From a virus: 64,000 nt of DNA. Position numbers and translations under genes: made by a program. Below, in pieces: positions 23,724-34,289 of the stretch (position 1 is its first letter; the number at the start of each line of letters is the position of its first letter). The notes below the pieces were generated by a model. The model did not search any database and was not told the DNA's origin. It worked only from the letters and a program-made list of their open reading frames with translations. Location: IMG/VR virus record IMGVR_UViG_3300025890_000018; one strand, given 5' to 3'.

Positions 23724-25517
23724 ATGAGTAGTAGAAATAGAGATATAGCACGAATCCTTGGCAAGACTGAGGCAGCTAATCCAAATAATACAAGATTAAA
23801 AGCAGCCGGCGGATCAACAGCCATAGCGGTATATTCATCATTGGATAGTTTACCTACTACTAGTTTAACTGCCGGCGATCAAGCATATGTATCTGCAAAT
23901 AGCCGGCTTTATGTATCAAACGGATCTGGTTGGTATAACGTAGCGATAGTTAATGCTACTCCTACATTATCTCTTAGTTCAACAGGCACCATTGCACTTG
24001 CATCAGATGGTAGTACCACAACTGTAATAAGGCTAACAGGCACCGATTCAGATAACGCAGATGCAAACTTAGTGTATTCAATTGAATCTGGTGGTGACTT
24101 CTTTAAGTTAGCTACAATTGTTCAAGATTCTGCAAAGCAATATACAATAACACCTCGAACTGAGGATTCTGCCACAGCATTAGGATTCGATGGATCAGCA
24201 ACCATAACATTCAAAGCATCAGATGGTGTTAACCAAGCTACTGTACAGAATACTTTTACATTAGCGTTTACTACTGATTGGGCTACAGTTTCTACTACTG
24301 AAGTTGTCCTTACTCCATCTGGTATTGGAAACAGTGATAGATTTGGTTACGATCATTTCGGTCTAAGCACAGATGGTACATATTTAGTAGTTGGCGCGGC
24401 ACAAGAAGACACTACTAATAGTAATCAAGGTAAAGCGTGGGTTTTCAAATATGGTGGTAGTAGTTGGTCCGAAGAAACAACGCTTTTTCCACCATCATCT
24501 GACAATAAAGCAAACCTGAGGTTTGGCACACATGCAGATATTAGTGGTGATGGCAGTGTTGCGATTATTAGCGCTGCGAATTATGGGACCTACACCGGTG
24601 CAGTTTATGTATATACAAGATCTGGTACTACTTGGTCTTATAGAACAAGATTGACTGCATCTGATGCTGCAGACTATGATTCGTTTGGTGGAGAAGCTCA
24701 AGGCCAAGGTGTAGGAATTAGTAAAGATGGAACATATATTATTGTAGGATCTCATCAAGACGATGACGGTGGTAGTAACCGTGGATCTGCTTATGTGTTT
24801 ACTGGCTCAGGTGCTTCATGGTCACAACAACAAAAATTAGCACCATCATATACTAGCGGTAACAGCATTGCATATGGTAATGCTGTAGTTATAAACAATG
24901 ATGGTACTTATTGCGCAATAGCCGCAAAAAATATGAATAAAAACGGTACCAGTACTAACACCGGTGTAGTATTCATTTACACTAGATCTGGTAGCACTTG
25001 GACTGAACAAGCATATGTTTCACCATCTGATGGTGCCGCTTCTGACAATTTTGGATGGCACATTTCAATGAATGGAGCTGGAGATAGATTATTAGTTCAT
25101 TCTAGATTTGACGATGATGGTGGTGATAGTACTGGATCAATTTATGTTTATACAAGATCAGGTAGTACTTGGACACAAGCTGCTAAGCTTACCAAGACTA
25201 GTCCCACTGCATATGATTACTGGGGTAAATGTAGTATAAACGAAACTGGAGATGTGTTTGTTACATTTGGAGATACAGCATCGAACTCTGTAGCAGGGTC
25301 TGGCAAGTTATATGTTTATAAGGATAATTCATCTGGTACCGATGGTACGTCATGGTCGTTAATAAAAACTTTAACTACCGGAGTAAGTGAAACTTGGGGA
25401 CTAGGAAATGACTATGGTACAGTAAAAATGAGTAGAGACACATCGACTATTGTTAATACTGCAGGTATGGCTCCAAATGGTACTCAGCAAGGTAGAGCAT
25501 ATGTATTTAAAGCTTAG
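23724..25517 (+). CDS. Fibre/receptor-binding-like structural protein (paralog 2), FG-GAP-type propeller
   Basis: The N-terminus is MSSRNRDIARILGKTEAANPNN. It has the same N-terminal module and more divergent FG-GAP-like repeats. Confidence 0.65.
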   Translation: MSSRNRDIARILGKTEAANPNNTRLKAAGGSTAIAVYSSLDSLPTTSLTAGDQAYVSANSRLYVSNGSGWYNVAIVNATPTLSLSSTGTIALASDGSTTTVIRLTGTDSDNADANLVYSIESGGDFFKLATIVQDSAKQYTITPRTEDSATALGFDGSATITFKASDGVNQATVQNTFTLAFTTDWATVSTTEVVLTPSGIGNSDRFGYDHFGLSTDGTYLVVGAAQEDTTNSNQGKAWVFKYGGSSWSEETTLFPPSSDNKANLRFGTHADISGDGSVAIISAANYGTYTGAVYVYTRSGTTWSYRTRLTASDAADYDSFGGEAQGQGVGISKDGTYIIVGSHQDDDGGSNRGSAYVFTGSGASWSQQQKLAPSYTSGNSIAYGNAVVINNDGTYCAIAAKNMNKNGTSTNTGVVFIYTRSGSTWTEQAYVSPSDGAASDNFGWHISMNGAGDRLLVHSRFDDDGGDSTGSIYVYTRSGSTWTQAAKLTKTSPTAYDYWGKCSINETGDVFVTFGDTASNSVAGSGKLYVYKDNSSGTDGTSWSLIKTLTTGVSETWGLGNDYGTVKMSRDTSTIVNTAGMAPNGTQQGRAYVFKA

Positions 25518-25559
25518 GTAAAGCTTACATATTTAATGTTTCTTAGAGAATAAAAAACA

Positions 25560-25567
25560 TATAAATA
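25560..25567 (+). promoter_or_regulatory. T4-type late promoter box
   Basis: TATAAATA lies about 30 nt upstream of the gp13-like start. Confidence 0.5.
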
Positions 25568-25598
25568 GTCAAAAGATTTTTATGTCGGAGACTATTTT

Positions 25599-26354
25599 AT
25601 GGCTGCACCTAATTCCAGAGATACATTAATAGATTACTGCAAGCGCCGCCTCGGTGACCCTGTCATTGAGATTAACGTTGATGACGAACAGATTGAAGAC
25701 CGTGTAGACGAAGCTATTCAGTATTATCAAGAATACCATACAGATGCTACATTTAGAACATACTTACAACATCTTATTACTTCTACAGACGTAACTAATA
25801 AGTATATTTCTATTCCATCAGATGTTCTTTACATTTCAAAAGTATTCCCACTCAGTAGAACATTCGGCGATAATATGAATTTCTTTGATATTAAATATCA
25901 AATGATGCTCAATGATATTGCTGATCTTCAAAATTTTGCTGGAGACTTAGCATACTATAGACAATTAAATCAGTATTTAAGTATGCTCGACCAAACTCTC
26001 AATGGTCATCCACAAACTACATTTTCACGGCACCAAGATAGACTATATATTCATGGCGAATTTGAAACACAAGATCTTATTGAAGGCGAGTATCTTGTTG
26101 CAGAAATATACAAACAAGTAGATCCGGATACTAATACTTCGGTCTATAACGATATGTGGCTTAAAGAATATACAACTTCACTCATTAAACAACAATGGGG
26201 TTCTAACTTACTTAAATTTGAAGGTGTACAATTGCCGGGTGGTGTAACATTCAATGGAAGACAGATTTACGATGATTCACTTACAGAAATACAATCACTA
26301 AGGGAACGAATTAGAGAAGAGCACGATCTACCACCTGACTTTTTTGTAGGATAA
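25599..26354 (+). CDS. gp13: Neck protein, T4 gp13-like
   Basis: 'LIDYCKRRLGDPVIEINVDDEQIEDRVDEAIQYYQEYH' resembles the gp13 N-terminal region. Its position upstream of gp14/gp15/gp16/gp17 matches T4 order. Confidence 0.6.
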   Translation: MAAPNSRDTLIDYCKRRLGDPVIEINVDDEQIEDRVDEAIQYYQEYHTDATFRTYLQHLITSTDVTNKYISIPSDVLYISKVFPLSRTFGDNMNFFDIKYQMMLNDIADLQNFAGDLAYYRQLNQYLSMLDQTLNGHPQTTFSRHQDRLYIHGEFETQDLIEGEYLVAEIYKQVDPDTNTSVYNDMWLKEYTTSLIKQQWGSNLLKFEGVQLPGGVTFNGRQIYDDSLTEIQSLRERIREEHDLPPDFFVG

Positions 26355-26357
26355 ACT

Positions 26358-27533
26358 ATGGCCAGAAATTTCTATTTCACTGAAAAGGTTAGATCTGAAC
26401 AATTACTCTATGAAGATTTAGTGATTGAAGCCTTAAAGATCTACGGCAGTGATGTATATTATCTTCCACGTACAATCGTAAATGAAGATGTGCTATTTGG
26501 TGAAGATCCATCTTCATCATTCGATAACGCGTTTAAAATAGAAATGTACATTGATAATATAGAAGGCTTTGACGGTGAAGGAGATCTGTTTACAAAATTT
26601 GGAGTAGAAATACGAGATGAAGCTACCTTTGTAGTTTCTAGGGCGAGATGGAAGAAACAAGTAGTAAGAGCTTCTGATGCTGAGCAAGGAGACCGGCCAA
26701 CTGAAGGAGATCTTATTTATCTTCCATTAACTAAATCTATTTTTCAAATTAATCATGTTGAACATGAACAACCATTTTATCAATTAGCAAATGTTCCAGT
26801 ATTCAAAATGCGGTGTACTCTCTTTGAGTATAGCAACGAAGATATGGAAACGGGTGTTGATGTTATTGATCAAATCGATCGTGATTTTGCATATCAATAT
26901 AAGCTACAATTAGCTTCACCTAAAGCCGCAACTGTTTCTGTTACAATGGATAGCGGTTCTTTAAGTGCTATTAACATATTACAAAGTGGAAGATATTACA
27001 CAGCAGCACCTACTATTCTTATTAGTGGTGGAATGGATTCAAGTGCTGTACCTACAGACAGTGCAACTGCGATAGCAACTATCGACTCAGCGGCCGGAGT
27101 ATTATCAACTATATCAATTACCAATGCTGGATCCGGTTATGATTCATCAGTAGTCATAAATCTTATCGGTGGAAATATAGTTGATAGTTCATATATAATT
27201 GGTGATTCAGCATTCCAGACTCTTGCTAATAATGTAATTATGTCTGGTGAAATTATGCATTATGCAATGGATTCAGATTTAGATTCAAATAGGTATTTGT
27301 ATCTTGGTCTTGCTGGTGCTAATGATGGTAAGTTCCACACCTTTACTTCAGGTGCATATCCAAATGGAACAGTTGTTAAAACAACTAGAGCAGCATCAGG
27401 ACTTCAGGTTATAGGTGTTACAGAACCTAACAACCTTTCAGAGAATGAACAAAATGACGCATTCAGTTCATTCTCTACAGACTTCTTAGACTTTAGTGAA
27501 AATAACCCATTTGGTGATCCGGAGAATCAATAA
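26358..27533 (+). CDS. gp14: Neck protein, T4 gp14-like, with an extra C-terminal repeat domain
   Basis: It lies between the gp13-like and gp15-like genes. The N-terminal block 'EQLLYEDLVIEALKIYGSDVYYLPR...PTEGDLIYLPL' is conserved-looking. The C-terminal part has 'SGRYYTAAPTILISGG' and 'ITNAGSGYDSSVVINLIGG' repeats. Confidence 0.5.
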   Translation: MARNFYFTEKVRSEQLLYEDLVIEALKIYGSDVYYLPRTIVNEDVLFGEDPSSSFDNAFKIEMYIDNIEGFDGEGDLFTKFGVEIRDEATFVVSRARWKKQVVRASDAEQGDRPTEGDLIYLPLTKSIFQINHVEHEQPFYQLANVPVFKMRCTLFEYSNEDMETGVDVIDQIDRDFAYQYKLQLASPKAATVSVTMDSGSLSAINILQSGRYYTAAPTILISGGMDSSAVPTDSATAIATIDSAAGVLSTISITNAGSGYDSSVVINLIGGNIVDSSYIIGDSAFQTLANNVIMSGEIMHYAMDSDLDSNRYLYLGLAGANDGKFHTFTSGAYPNGTVVKTTRAASGLQVIGVTEPNNLSENEQNDAFSSFSTDFLDFSENNPFGDPENQ

Positions 27534-28324
27534 TGTTTGGTGGACACTTCTATCATGAAAAAATGAGAAAGTCAGTCTCCATATTTGGTAGACTGTTCAA
27601 TAACATTTATATTTTAAGAAAAGATAAATCCGGTGCTGTGTTGAACCAACTAAAGGTTCCACTTGCTTATGCACCTAAAATGAAATATTTAGAAAGAATA
27701 AGAGAAAATCCAGACTTAGTTAATGATACTCGAGTAGCACTTAAGTTACCACGCATGTCATTTGAGATTGTTAATATAACTTATGATTTGACTAGACAGT
27801 TATCGAAAGTAAGTAACTTTTCTACACTAGGTGCAACTAATTCAAATAGACAAAAGTTCTATTCACCTGTACCTTATAACTTGGATTTTCAATTAAACAT
27901 ATTTGCAAAGAATCAAGACGATGCTTTGCAGATTGTTGAGCAAATACTGCCAACGTTTAATCCACAATACACATTAACAATTAAACCTTTTCCAACGGAA
28001 TATCCAAACTTTGTTGAAGATATACCAATTGTGATTCAGGGAGTTACATTCGCTGATGACTACGAAGGCGCTTTAGAACAAAGACGCACGATCATCTACA
28101 CGATAAACTTTGAAATGAAAACACAATTTTATGGTGATATCGCCGATAAAGCTATTATCCGTTCTGCAATTAATAACATATACGACATTAATGCAGGTTT
28201 ACTTGATTCTGATGTAAAACTAGAAACTATAACTACTAAACCGAATCCTCTTACAACATTTGGCACGGCAGATAGCGATTTTGGATTTACGAATACTATA
28301 GAAATGACAGGTGATAGTTCATGA
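27533..28324 (+). CDS. gp15: Tail sheath stabiliser/tail completion protein, T4 gp15-like
   Basis: The N-terminus MFGGHFYHEKMRKSVSIFGRLFNNIYILRK parallels the T4 gp15 N-terminus as I recall it (MFGYFYNSSFRRY...). Synteny agrees. Confidence 0.65.
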   Translation: MFGGHFYHEKMRKSVSIFGRLFNNIYILRKDKSGAVLNQLKVPLAYAPKMKYLERIRENPDLVNDTRVALKLPRMSFEIVNITYDLTRQLSKVSNFSTLGATNSNRQKFYSPVPYNLDFQLNIFAKNQDDALQIVEQILPTFNPQYTLTIKPFPTEYPNFVEDIPIVIQGVTFADDYEGALEQRRTIIYTINFEMKTQFYGDIADKAIIRSAINNIYDINAGLLDSDVKLETITTKPNPLTTFGTADSDFGFTNTIEMTGDSS

Positions 28325-28662
28325 GTGATAATGTAAAAAGTGATTATGATTATTCTAGACAAACATATTATGACTTAATTGAAAAAGGCCGTGAAAGTTT
28401 AGAAGACATGATTGAAGTTGCTCGACAATCTGAGCATCCAAGAGCATATGAAGTTTTATCTGGTATGATAAAAAATATATCAGATGTAAATGACAAGCTT
28501 ATGGATTTAAATAAGAAACAAAAAGATATAGATAAAAAGGATGAAGCACCTCAAATAGCAGGTGGTACTACTAATAACTTATTTTTGACAACAGCTGATC
28601 TTCAAAAAATGATGGTTACTAAAGATGATGAAAAACTGGTAGATGTCACTCCTACAGAATGA
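28321..28662 (+). CDS. gp16: Terminase small subunit, T4 gp16-like
   Basis: 'ARQSEHPRAYEVLSGMIK' is a gp16-like block. It lies immediately upstream of, and overlaps, the large terminase gene. Confidence 0.65.
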   Translation: MSDNVKSDYDYSRQTYYDLIEKGRESLEDMIEVARQSEHPRAYEVLSGMIKNISDVNDKLMDLNKKQKDIDKKDEAPQIAGGTTNNLFLTTADLQKMMVTKDDEKLVDVTPTE

Positions 28663-30283
28663 AGCATATCTAGGAAATCCAAATGTTAAAAGAGATGGAG
28701 TACTTCAAGTATGGACTCCGGAACTTTTACAAATATACAAAAAATGTATGGATGATCCTATTTACTTTGCAGAAGAATACGTAAAAGTTATTTCTTTAGA
28801 CCAAGGTCTAGTTCCGTTTAAACTATATCCTTACCAAAAAGAAATGTTTGGACACTTTAATGACAATCGCTTCTCAATTATTCTTGCTTGTCGCCAATCT
28901 GGAAAATCAATCTCAGCATGCGCATATCTCCTCTGGTACGCGCTCTTTCATCCGGAAAAAACAATTGCGATTCTTGCGAACAAAGGGGCGACTGCTCGTG
29001 AAATGCTATCTCGTATTACGCTCATGCTGGAAAACATTCCGTTCTTTTTACAGCCGGGTTCGAAAGCTCTTAATAAAGGAAGCTTGGAATTCAGCAATAA
29101 CTCACGGATCCTTGCGGCTGCAACTAGTGGTAGCTCTATTCGTGGTATGTCAGTTAATCTATTATACTTGGATGAGTTTGCTTTCGTAGAAAGAGCATCT
29201 GAGTTTTATACTTCCACATATCCAGTTGTATCTGCGGGTACAGGCACGAAAGTAATTGTTACTTCTACAGCAAATGGTATTGGCAATCAGTTTCATAAAA
29301 TATGGGAAGGATCTGTACAAGGAATAAACGAGTTCCGTAATTTTCGTGTAGATTGGTGGGACGTCCCGGGACGTAATGAAGAATGGAAAACTCAAACAAT
29401 TTCCAATACGAGTCAATTGCAATTTGACCAAGAGTTTGGGAATACATTCTTTGGAACAGGTGATACACTTATAAGTGCTGATTGTTTGTTATCATTAAGA
29501 TCTAAACTATACAAACGAGAAATGGAAGGCGGAGCCTTACGTATATATGAAGAGCCTGTAGAAAAACATGACTATATAATGACAGTTGATGTAAGTAAGG
29601 GAAGAGGGCAGGATTTTTCTACTTTTACTTTAATCGATATTAGCGTTCGCCCATTTGCACAGGTGGCTGTTTATCGGAACAACACTATCTCTCCTATTCT
29701 CTTCCCTAATATTATATATAAGTATGCAAAAGTCTACAACGAAGCTTATGTAGTAATTGAAGCAAATGATCAGGGTGGTGTAGTTTGTAATGGATTATAT
29801 CACGATTTAGAATATGAAAATGTACATGTTGAATCATCTGTAAAAGCCAATGCTATCGGCATTGAAATCACAAGAAAAACTAAAAGACTTGGTTGTTCTG
29901 CTATTAAAGATATACTTGAAACACATAAGCTAGAAATTGTTGATGATCAAACTATCTTAGAAATATCTACATTTGAAGCACGAGGTCAATCATACGAAGC
30001 CAGTGATGGTAACCATGATGACCTTATGATGAATCTTGTTATGTTCGGTTACTTTTGTTCTACTCAATATTTTGGTGATATGACAGATATCAACTTAAAG
30101 CAAATGTTATTTGATCAACGAATGAAAGAAATAGAAGAAGACATTGTGCCATTTGGATTTATTCAAAATGGACAAGATGATGTGGATTTAGATATAAGAA
30201 ATGATCCGGATAACTGGCAAGTACAAGGATATGAGCCAGATCTTAGCACAACTGACGGAATCTTCGATAGAATTAAAGATTAG
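28643..30283 (+). CDS. gp17: Terminase large subunit, T4 gp17-like
   Basis: Walker A 'ACRQSGKS', Walker B 'LLYLDEFAF', and a C-terminal nuclease region. 546 aa. Confidence 0.9.
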   Translation: MSLLQNEAYLGNPNVKRDGVLQVWTPELLQIYKKCMDDPIYFAEEYVKVISLDQGLVPFKLYPYQKEMFGHFNDNRFSIILACRQSGKSISACAYLLWYALFHPEKTIAILANKGATAREMLSRITLMLENIPFFLQPGSKALNKGSLEFSNNSRILAAATSGSSIRGMSVNLLYLDEFAFVERASEFYTSTYPVVSAGTGTKVIVTSTANGIGNQFHKIWEGSVQGINEFRNFRVDWWDVPGRNEEWKTQTISNTSQLQFDQEFGNTFFGTGDTLISADCLLSLRSKLYKREMEGGALRIYEEPVEKHDYIMTVDVSKGRGQDFSTFTLIDISVRPFAQVAVYRNNTISPILFPNIIYKYAKVYNEAYVVIEANDQGGVVCNGLYHDLEYENVHVESSVKANAIGIEITRKTKRLGCSAIKDILETHKLEIVDDQTILEISTFEARGQSYEASDGNHDDLMMNLVMFGYFCSTQYFGDMTDINLKQMLFDQRMKEIEEDIVPFGFIQNGQDDVDLDIRNDPDNWQVQGYEPDLSTTDGIFDRIKD

Positions 30284-30289
30284 TAATAT

Positions 30290-30297
30290 TATAAATA
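30290..30297 (+). promoter_or_regulatory. T4-type late promoter box
   Basis: TATAAATA in the terminase-sheath intergenic region. Confidence 0.5.
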
Positions 30298-30359
30298 ATG
30301 GTATATTGAACAATAACCGTATTATGAAATCATATAATTAGTTAAAAGGAAACAAAGCT

Positions 30360-32120
30360 ATGGCACTCGGCACACCGTCAGAAAGTCCAGCGGTTGTTGT
30401 AAAGGAAATAGATCTGACAGGTGGCGTTCCTAACGTCCAGTCAACTACCGGAGCAATCGTAGGTAACTTTCGCTGGGGTCCTGTTGAACAAAGAGTTTTA
30501 ATTGACAATGAGGCAACTCTAGTCGATAACTTTGCAACACCAGACTCCGCAAATACCATAGACTTCCACTCAGCACAATACTTCTTGCGCTATTCAAGTG
30601 CACTGCAAGTAGTGAGGGAAGTTACTAGTGCAGCTAAGAATTCTCGTTCTATTATCGGTCAAACTGCCGTTGATTCAGATGGTGGATTACCTACACCAAC
30701 TGTAAAGAACGAAGCAAATTTTAATGCTCAGCTGTCAACACTAACATCTAATTCACACACATTTGTTGCGAAATACCCAGGTGATCTTGGTAACTCAATT
30801 CGTGTGTCAATTTGTCCTGCAGACTCAGGAACTGCAACATTTACCGGATGGGCTTATCAAAACGAATTTGATAAAGCACCACAAACTTCAACCTATGCTT
30901 CTAGTCGTGCAGCTTCATTTGATGAAATGCATGCAGTAGTAATTGACCAAGAAGGTAAGTTTACTGGAACAAAAGGTACAGTTCTAGAAACATTCCCATT
31001 TGTGTCTGTAGGTAAAGATGCTAAGAATCCAGATGGAACCAATAACTTCGCAAAGGATGTTATTAACGAGCGTTCCGAATATATTTGGATGGCCGGATTT
31101 GATTCTGCATTTAATGCTGCAGGGGCAGGCACAGACATCGATAGTGGAGATAACTTTAAGTTAACTTCTCCATCACCGGTTGATCACACATTCACAAAAG
31201 GTGTTAACTCAGACGCGTTAACAACTGCAGAGTTTCTTTCTGGATTTGATCTTTTTGAAGATGAAAACCAAGTAGAAGTAGACTTCTTGATTGCACCGGG
31301 AATGACAAACAGCACTGATCAAGCCACAGTCGTAAATGACTTGGTATCAACTGCTCAGTCACTTCGCAAAGACTGTATAGTAAATGCATCTCCAGCAAGA
31401 GATGATGTAGTAAATGTATCTACAGCAGCAACTGCAGTAACCAATGTAGTAGCAACTGCCGATGCATTTACAAACTCATCATACCTTGTTGCAGATAACA
31501 ACTACTTGAAAGTCTATGATAAGTACAATGATCAGTATATCCATATTCCAGCAGCATCATCTACTGCCGGTATTTGTGCAGCCACAGATCTTGAAAGAGC
31601 ACCTTGGTTCTCTCCAGCAGGTCAAAGGCGTGGTAACTATTTAGGAATTACAGGTCTTGCCTATACTCCTAATAAGTCACAAAGAGATACACTGTATAAA
31701 GCAGATGTAAATCCAATTGCCAATATTCCTGGGCAAGGAACAATTCTTTACGGTGATAAGACAATGTTGGGTAGACCTTCAGCATTTGATCGAGTCAATG
31801 TACGAAGACTCTTCCTTGTACTCGAAAGAGCAATCGGCCGAGCCGCTCAACAGGTACTCTTTGAATTCAATGATGAATTCACAAGAGCAGAGTTTGTCAA
31901 CATTGTAGAGCCAGTCCTTCGAGAAGTTAAAGGCCGGCGTGGTATTACAGACTTTAGAGTAGTCTGTGATGAGACAAACAATACACCAGCTATTGTTGAT
32001 CGTAATGAATTCATCGCAAACATCTTCATCAAACCAGCACGTTCTATTAACTACGTCACTCTGAATTTTGTGGCAGTTAGAACAGGTGTTGACTTTGAAG
32101 AAGTAGTTGGCACGGTTTAA
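30360..32120 (+). CDS. gp18: Contractile tail sheath protein, T4 gp18-like
   Basis: 586 aa. The C-terminal conserved block 'INPIANIPGQGTILYGDKT...FDRVNVRRLF' is typical of sheath proteins. It lies between the terminase and tube genes. Confidence 0.85.
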   Translation: MALGTPSESPAVVVKEIDLTGGVPNVQSTTGAIVGNFRWGPVEQRVLIDNEATLVDNFATPDSANTIDFHSAQYFLRYSSALQVVREVTSAAKNSRSIIGQTAVDSDGGLPTPTVKNEANFNAQLSTLTSNSHTFVAKYPGDLGNSIRVSICPADSGTATFTGWAYQNEFDKAPQTSTYASSRAASFDEMHAVVIDQEGKFTGTKGTVLETFPFVSVGKDAKNPDGTNNFAKDVINERSEYIWMAGFDSAFNAAGAGTDIDSGDNFKLTSPSPVDHTFTKGVNSDALTTAEFLSGFDLFEDENQVEVDFLIAPGMTNSTDQATVVNDLVSTAQSLRKDCIVNASPARDDVVNVSTAATAVTNVVATADAFTNSSYLVADNNYLKVYDKYNDQYIHIPAASSTAGICAATDLERAPWFSPAGQRRGNYLGITGLAYTPNKSQRDTLYKADVNPIANIPGQGTILYGDKTMLGRPSAFDRVNVRRLFLVLERAIGRAAQQVLFEFNDEFTRAEFVNIVEPVLREVKGRRGITDFRVVCDETNNTPAIVDRNEFIANIFIKPARSINYVTLNFVAVRTGVDFEEVVGTV

Positions 32121-32134
32121 GGAGGTAATGTAAA

Positions 32135-32662
32135 ATGGCTGTTCTCGGAGTAGACGATTTTAAGTCGAAACTTAGAGGCGGTGGGGCACGTCCCAACCTC
32201 TTTAAAGTAACTATTAACTATCCGGGTTTTGCAAACGGTGATGCTGAATTAACATCATTCCTTTGTGAAGCTGCATCATTGCCCGGTTCAACTTTCGGAA
32301 TCATTCCAGTTGCATTTAGAGGACGTATCCTCAAAATGGCTGGTGATAGGACATTCGCTGAATGGAATACTACTATCATTAATGACACCGACTTTTCAGT
32401 TCGTGATGCAATTGAAAGATGGATGAATGGTATCAATGCACATAGTGCTAATACCGGACTTACATCTCCAATTGCTTACGAGGCTGATCTAAAAGTTGAA
32501 CAGCTTGATCGTGATTCATCGGTATTGAAGACATACACATTCCGTGGTGCTTATCCACAGGATTTGTCAGAGATAGCTTTGAGTTATGGTGATAATGATA
32601 ATATTGAAAGATTCAATTGTATCTGGGCATACCAGTACTATGAGTCTAATACCACTTCATAA
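32135..32662 (+). CDS. gp19: Tail tube protein, T4 gp19-like
   Basis: 175 aa, directly after the sheath gene. 'ARPNLFKVTINYPG...FLCEAASLPGSTF' is a tube-family pattern. Confidence 0.8.
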   Translation: MAVLGVDDFKSKLRGGGARPNLFKVTINYPGFANGDAELTSFLCEAASLPGSTFGIIPVAFRGRILKMAGDRTFAEWNTTIINDTDFSVRDAIERWMNGINAHSANTGLTSPIAYEADLKVEQLDRDSSVLKTYTFRGAYPQDLSEIALSYGDNDNIERFNCIWAYQYYESNTTS

Positions 32663-32677
32663 GTAATAAATAGAGAG

Positions 32678-32706
32678 GAGCCGGCAACGGTCGGCTCTTC
32701 TTCTTT
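32678..32706 (+). terminator. Probable intrinsic terminator or attenuator
   Basis: Stem GAGCCG/CGGCTC with an 8-nt loop, followed by a T-rich tract (TTCTTCTTT). Confidence 0.45.
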
Positions 32707-32723
32707 AATGTAAGGTAATTATA

Positions 32724-34289
32724 ATGGCAGAACAATCAGGACAAGACGGCGTTAAACTATTTGGTTTTGAAATCAAGCGCGCCAAAAAGAAAGATGAGAT
32801 GAAATTACCATCAGTCGTTCCTCCGCGGGATGATGAAGGTGGTAGTTATGCAACTGCATCTGGTTCGCACTATGGTCAGTACCTGAATCTAGGTGATGAC
32901 GATTCAAAAGACAACTATCAATTAATTATGAAATATCGCGGTAATGCAATGCATCCTGAAGTTGATGCTGCTATTGAAGATATCGTAAACGAGTCAATTA
33001 CTGGTAGCCAGTTAGAACAAACTTTAGAATTGAATATGGAGGAAGTAAAAGCTCCTGATTCTATTAAAAAGAAAATTACAGAAGAATTCGATAACATATA
33101 TGGAATGCTTAACTTTAAGGAGTTAGGTCATGATATTTTCCGTAGGTGGTATGTAGATGGAAGAATCTATCATCATCTTGTTTTGAATGAAGCAAATCCT
33201 AAAGAAGGTATTCAAGAAATACGACCTATTGATGCTGCTAAAATGCGCAAGGTCAAAAAGATTAAGAAGAAAAAAGATCCAGTAACTGGTGCAGATATTA
33301 TTGAGAATACCGAAGAGTTTTATATCTTCCAAGAAAAGCCAGGGTCATCTACATCCGGTGTAAAGATGACAAATGATGCAGTAAGTTATGTTACATCTGG
33401 TTTGCTTAGTGAAGATCGTAAAAAGATTATTTCATTTTTACATAAAGCACTAAAGCCTATCAATCAATTACGAATGATGGAAGACTCATTAGTTATCTAT
33501 CGCCTCGCACGTGCACCCGAGCGAAGAATCTTTTATGTAGATGTTGGTAGCTTACCACGTGGTAAAGCTGAACAATACATGAAAGATATTATGACTAAGT
33601 ATCGTAATAAGCTTGTGTATGATGCAGCAACTGGTCAAATTAAAGATGATCGTAAGCATATGTCAATGCTAGAAGACTTCTGGTTGCCAAGACGTGAAGG
33701 CGGTAAAGGTACAGAGATATCTACATTGCCCGGCGGAGAAAACCTTGGACAAATTGATGATGTAATTTTCTTTCAAAAGAAAGTTTACCGGTCATTGAAT
33801 GTACCACTTAGTCGACTAGAACAAGAGAATCAATTTAATCTTGGTAGATCGACTGAGGTAAATAGAGATGAATTAAAATTCCAAAAGTTTATCGATAGAT
33901 TACGTATGAGGTTTGCTCATCTATTCTATGGTATTCTAAAAACTCAACTTATTCTGAAAGGTATCATTACCGAAGAAGATTGGGAAGAGTGGAAAAATGA
34001 TATTACCGTTGACTATGTAAGGGATAACCACTTTACAGAATTACGGGATATGGAAGTATTGAGAGAAAGAGTACAAACACTCGATCAAATCAATAACTAT
34101 GCTGGAGAGTATTTCTCTAAAGAATGGATTCAAAAGAATGTACTTATGCTTTCTGATGAAGATGTAGAGAAGATGAATAAAGAAATCAATGGTGAACAAG
34201 AAGAAAAGCCTGAGGAAGAACCTCAGGATCAAGAAGCACCATCACAAAAATTTGAATTGAAACCTGTACAAGGAGATGACAGTGAGTGA
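32724..34289 (+). CDS. gp20: Portal protein, T4 gp20-like
   Basis: 'VIYRLARAPERRIFYVDVGSLPRGKAEQYM' is the hallmark gp20 block. 521 aa. Confidence 0.9.
   Translation: MAEQSGQDGVKLFGFEIKRAKKKDEMKLPSVVPPRDDEGGSYATASGSHYGQYLNLGDDDSKDNYQLIMKYRGNAMHPEVDAAIEDIVNESITGSQLEQTLELNMEEVKAPDSIKKKITEEFDNIYGMLNFKELGHDIFRRWYVDGRIYHHLVLNEANPKEGIQEIRPIDAAKMRKVKKIKKKKDPVTGADIIENTEEFYIFQEKPGSSTSGVKMTNDAVSYVTSGLLSEDRKKIISFLHKALKPINQLRMMEDSLVIYRLARAPERRIFYVDVGSLPRGKAEQYMKDIMTKYRNKLVYDAATGQIKDDRKHMSMLEDFWLPRREGGKGTEISTLPGGENLGQIDDVIFFQKKVYRSLNVPLSRLEQENQFNLGRSTEVNRDELKFQKFIDRLRMRFAHLFYGILKTQLILKGIITEEDWEEWKNDITVDYVRDNHFTELRDMEVLRERVQTLDQINNYAGEYFSKEWIQKNVLMLSDEDVEKMNKEINGEQEEKPEEEPQDQEAPSQKFELKPVQGDDSE

Noticed and set aside
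28643-30283. Intein or intron interruption of the terminase, nrdJ (48263..50482) or portal genes.
   Set aside because: Each is a single continuous ORF of normal length with motifs in the expected order, and there are no inserted endonuclease-like segments.
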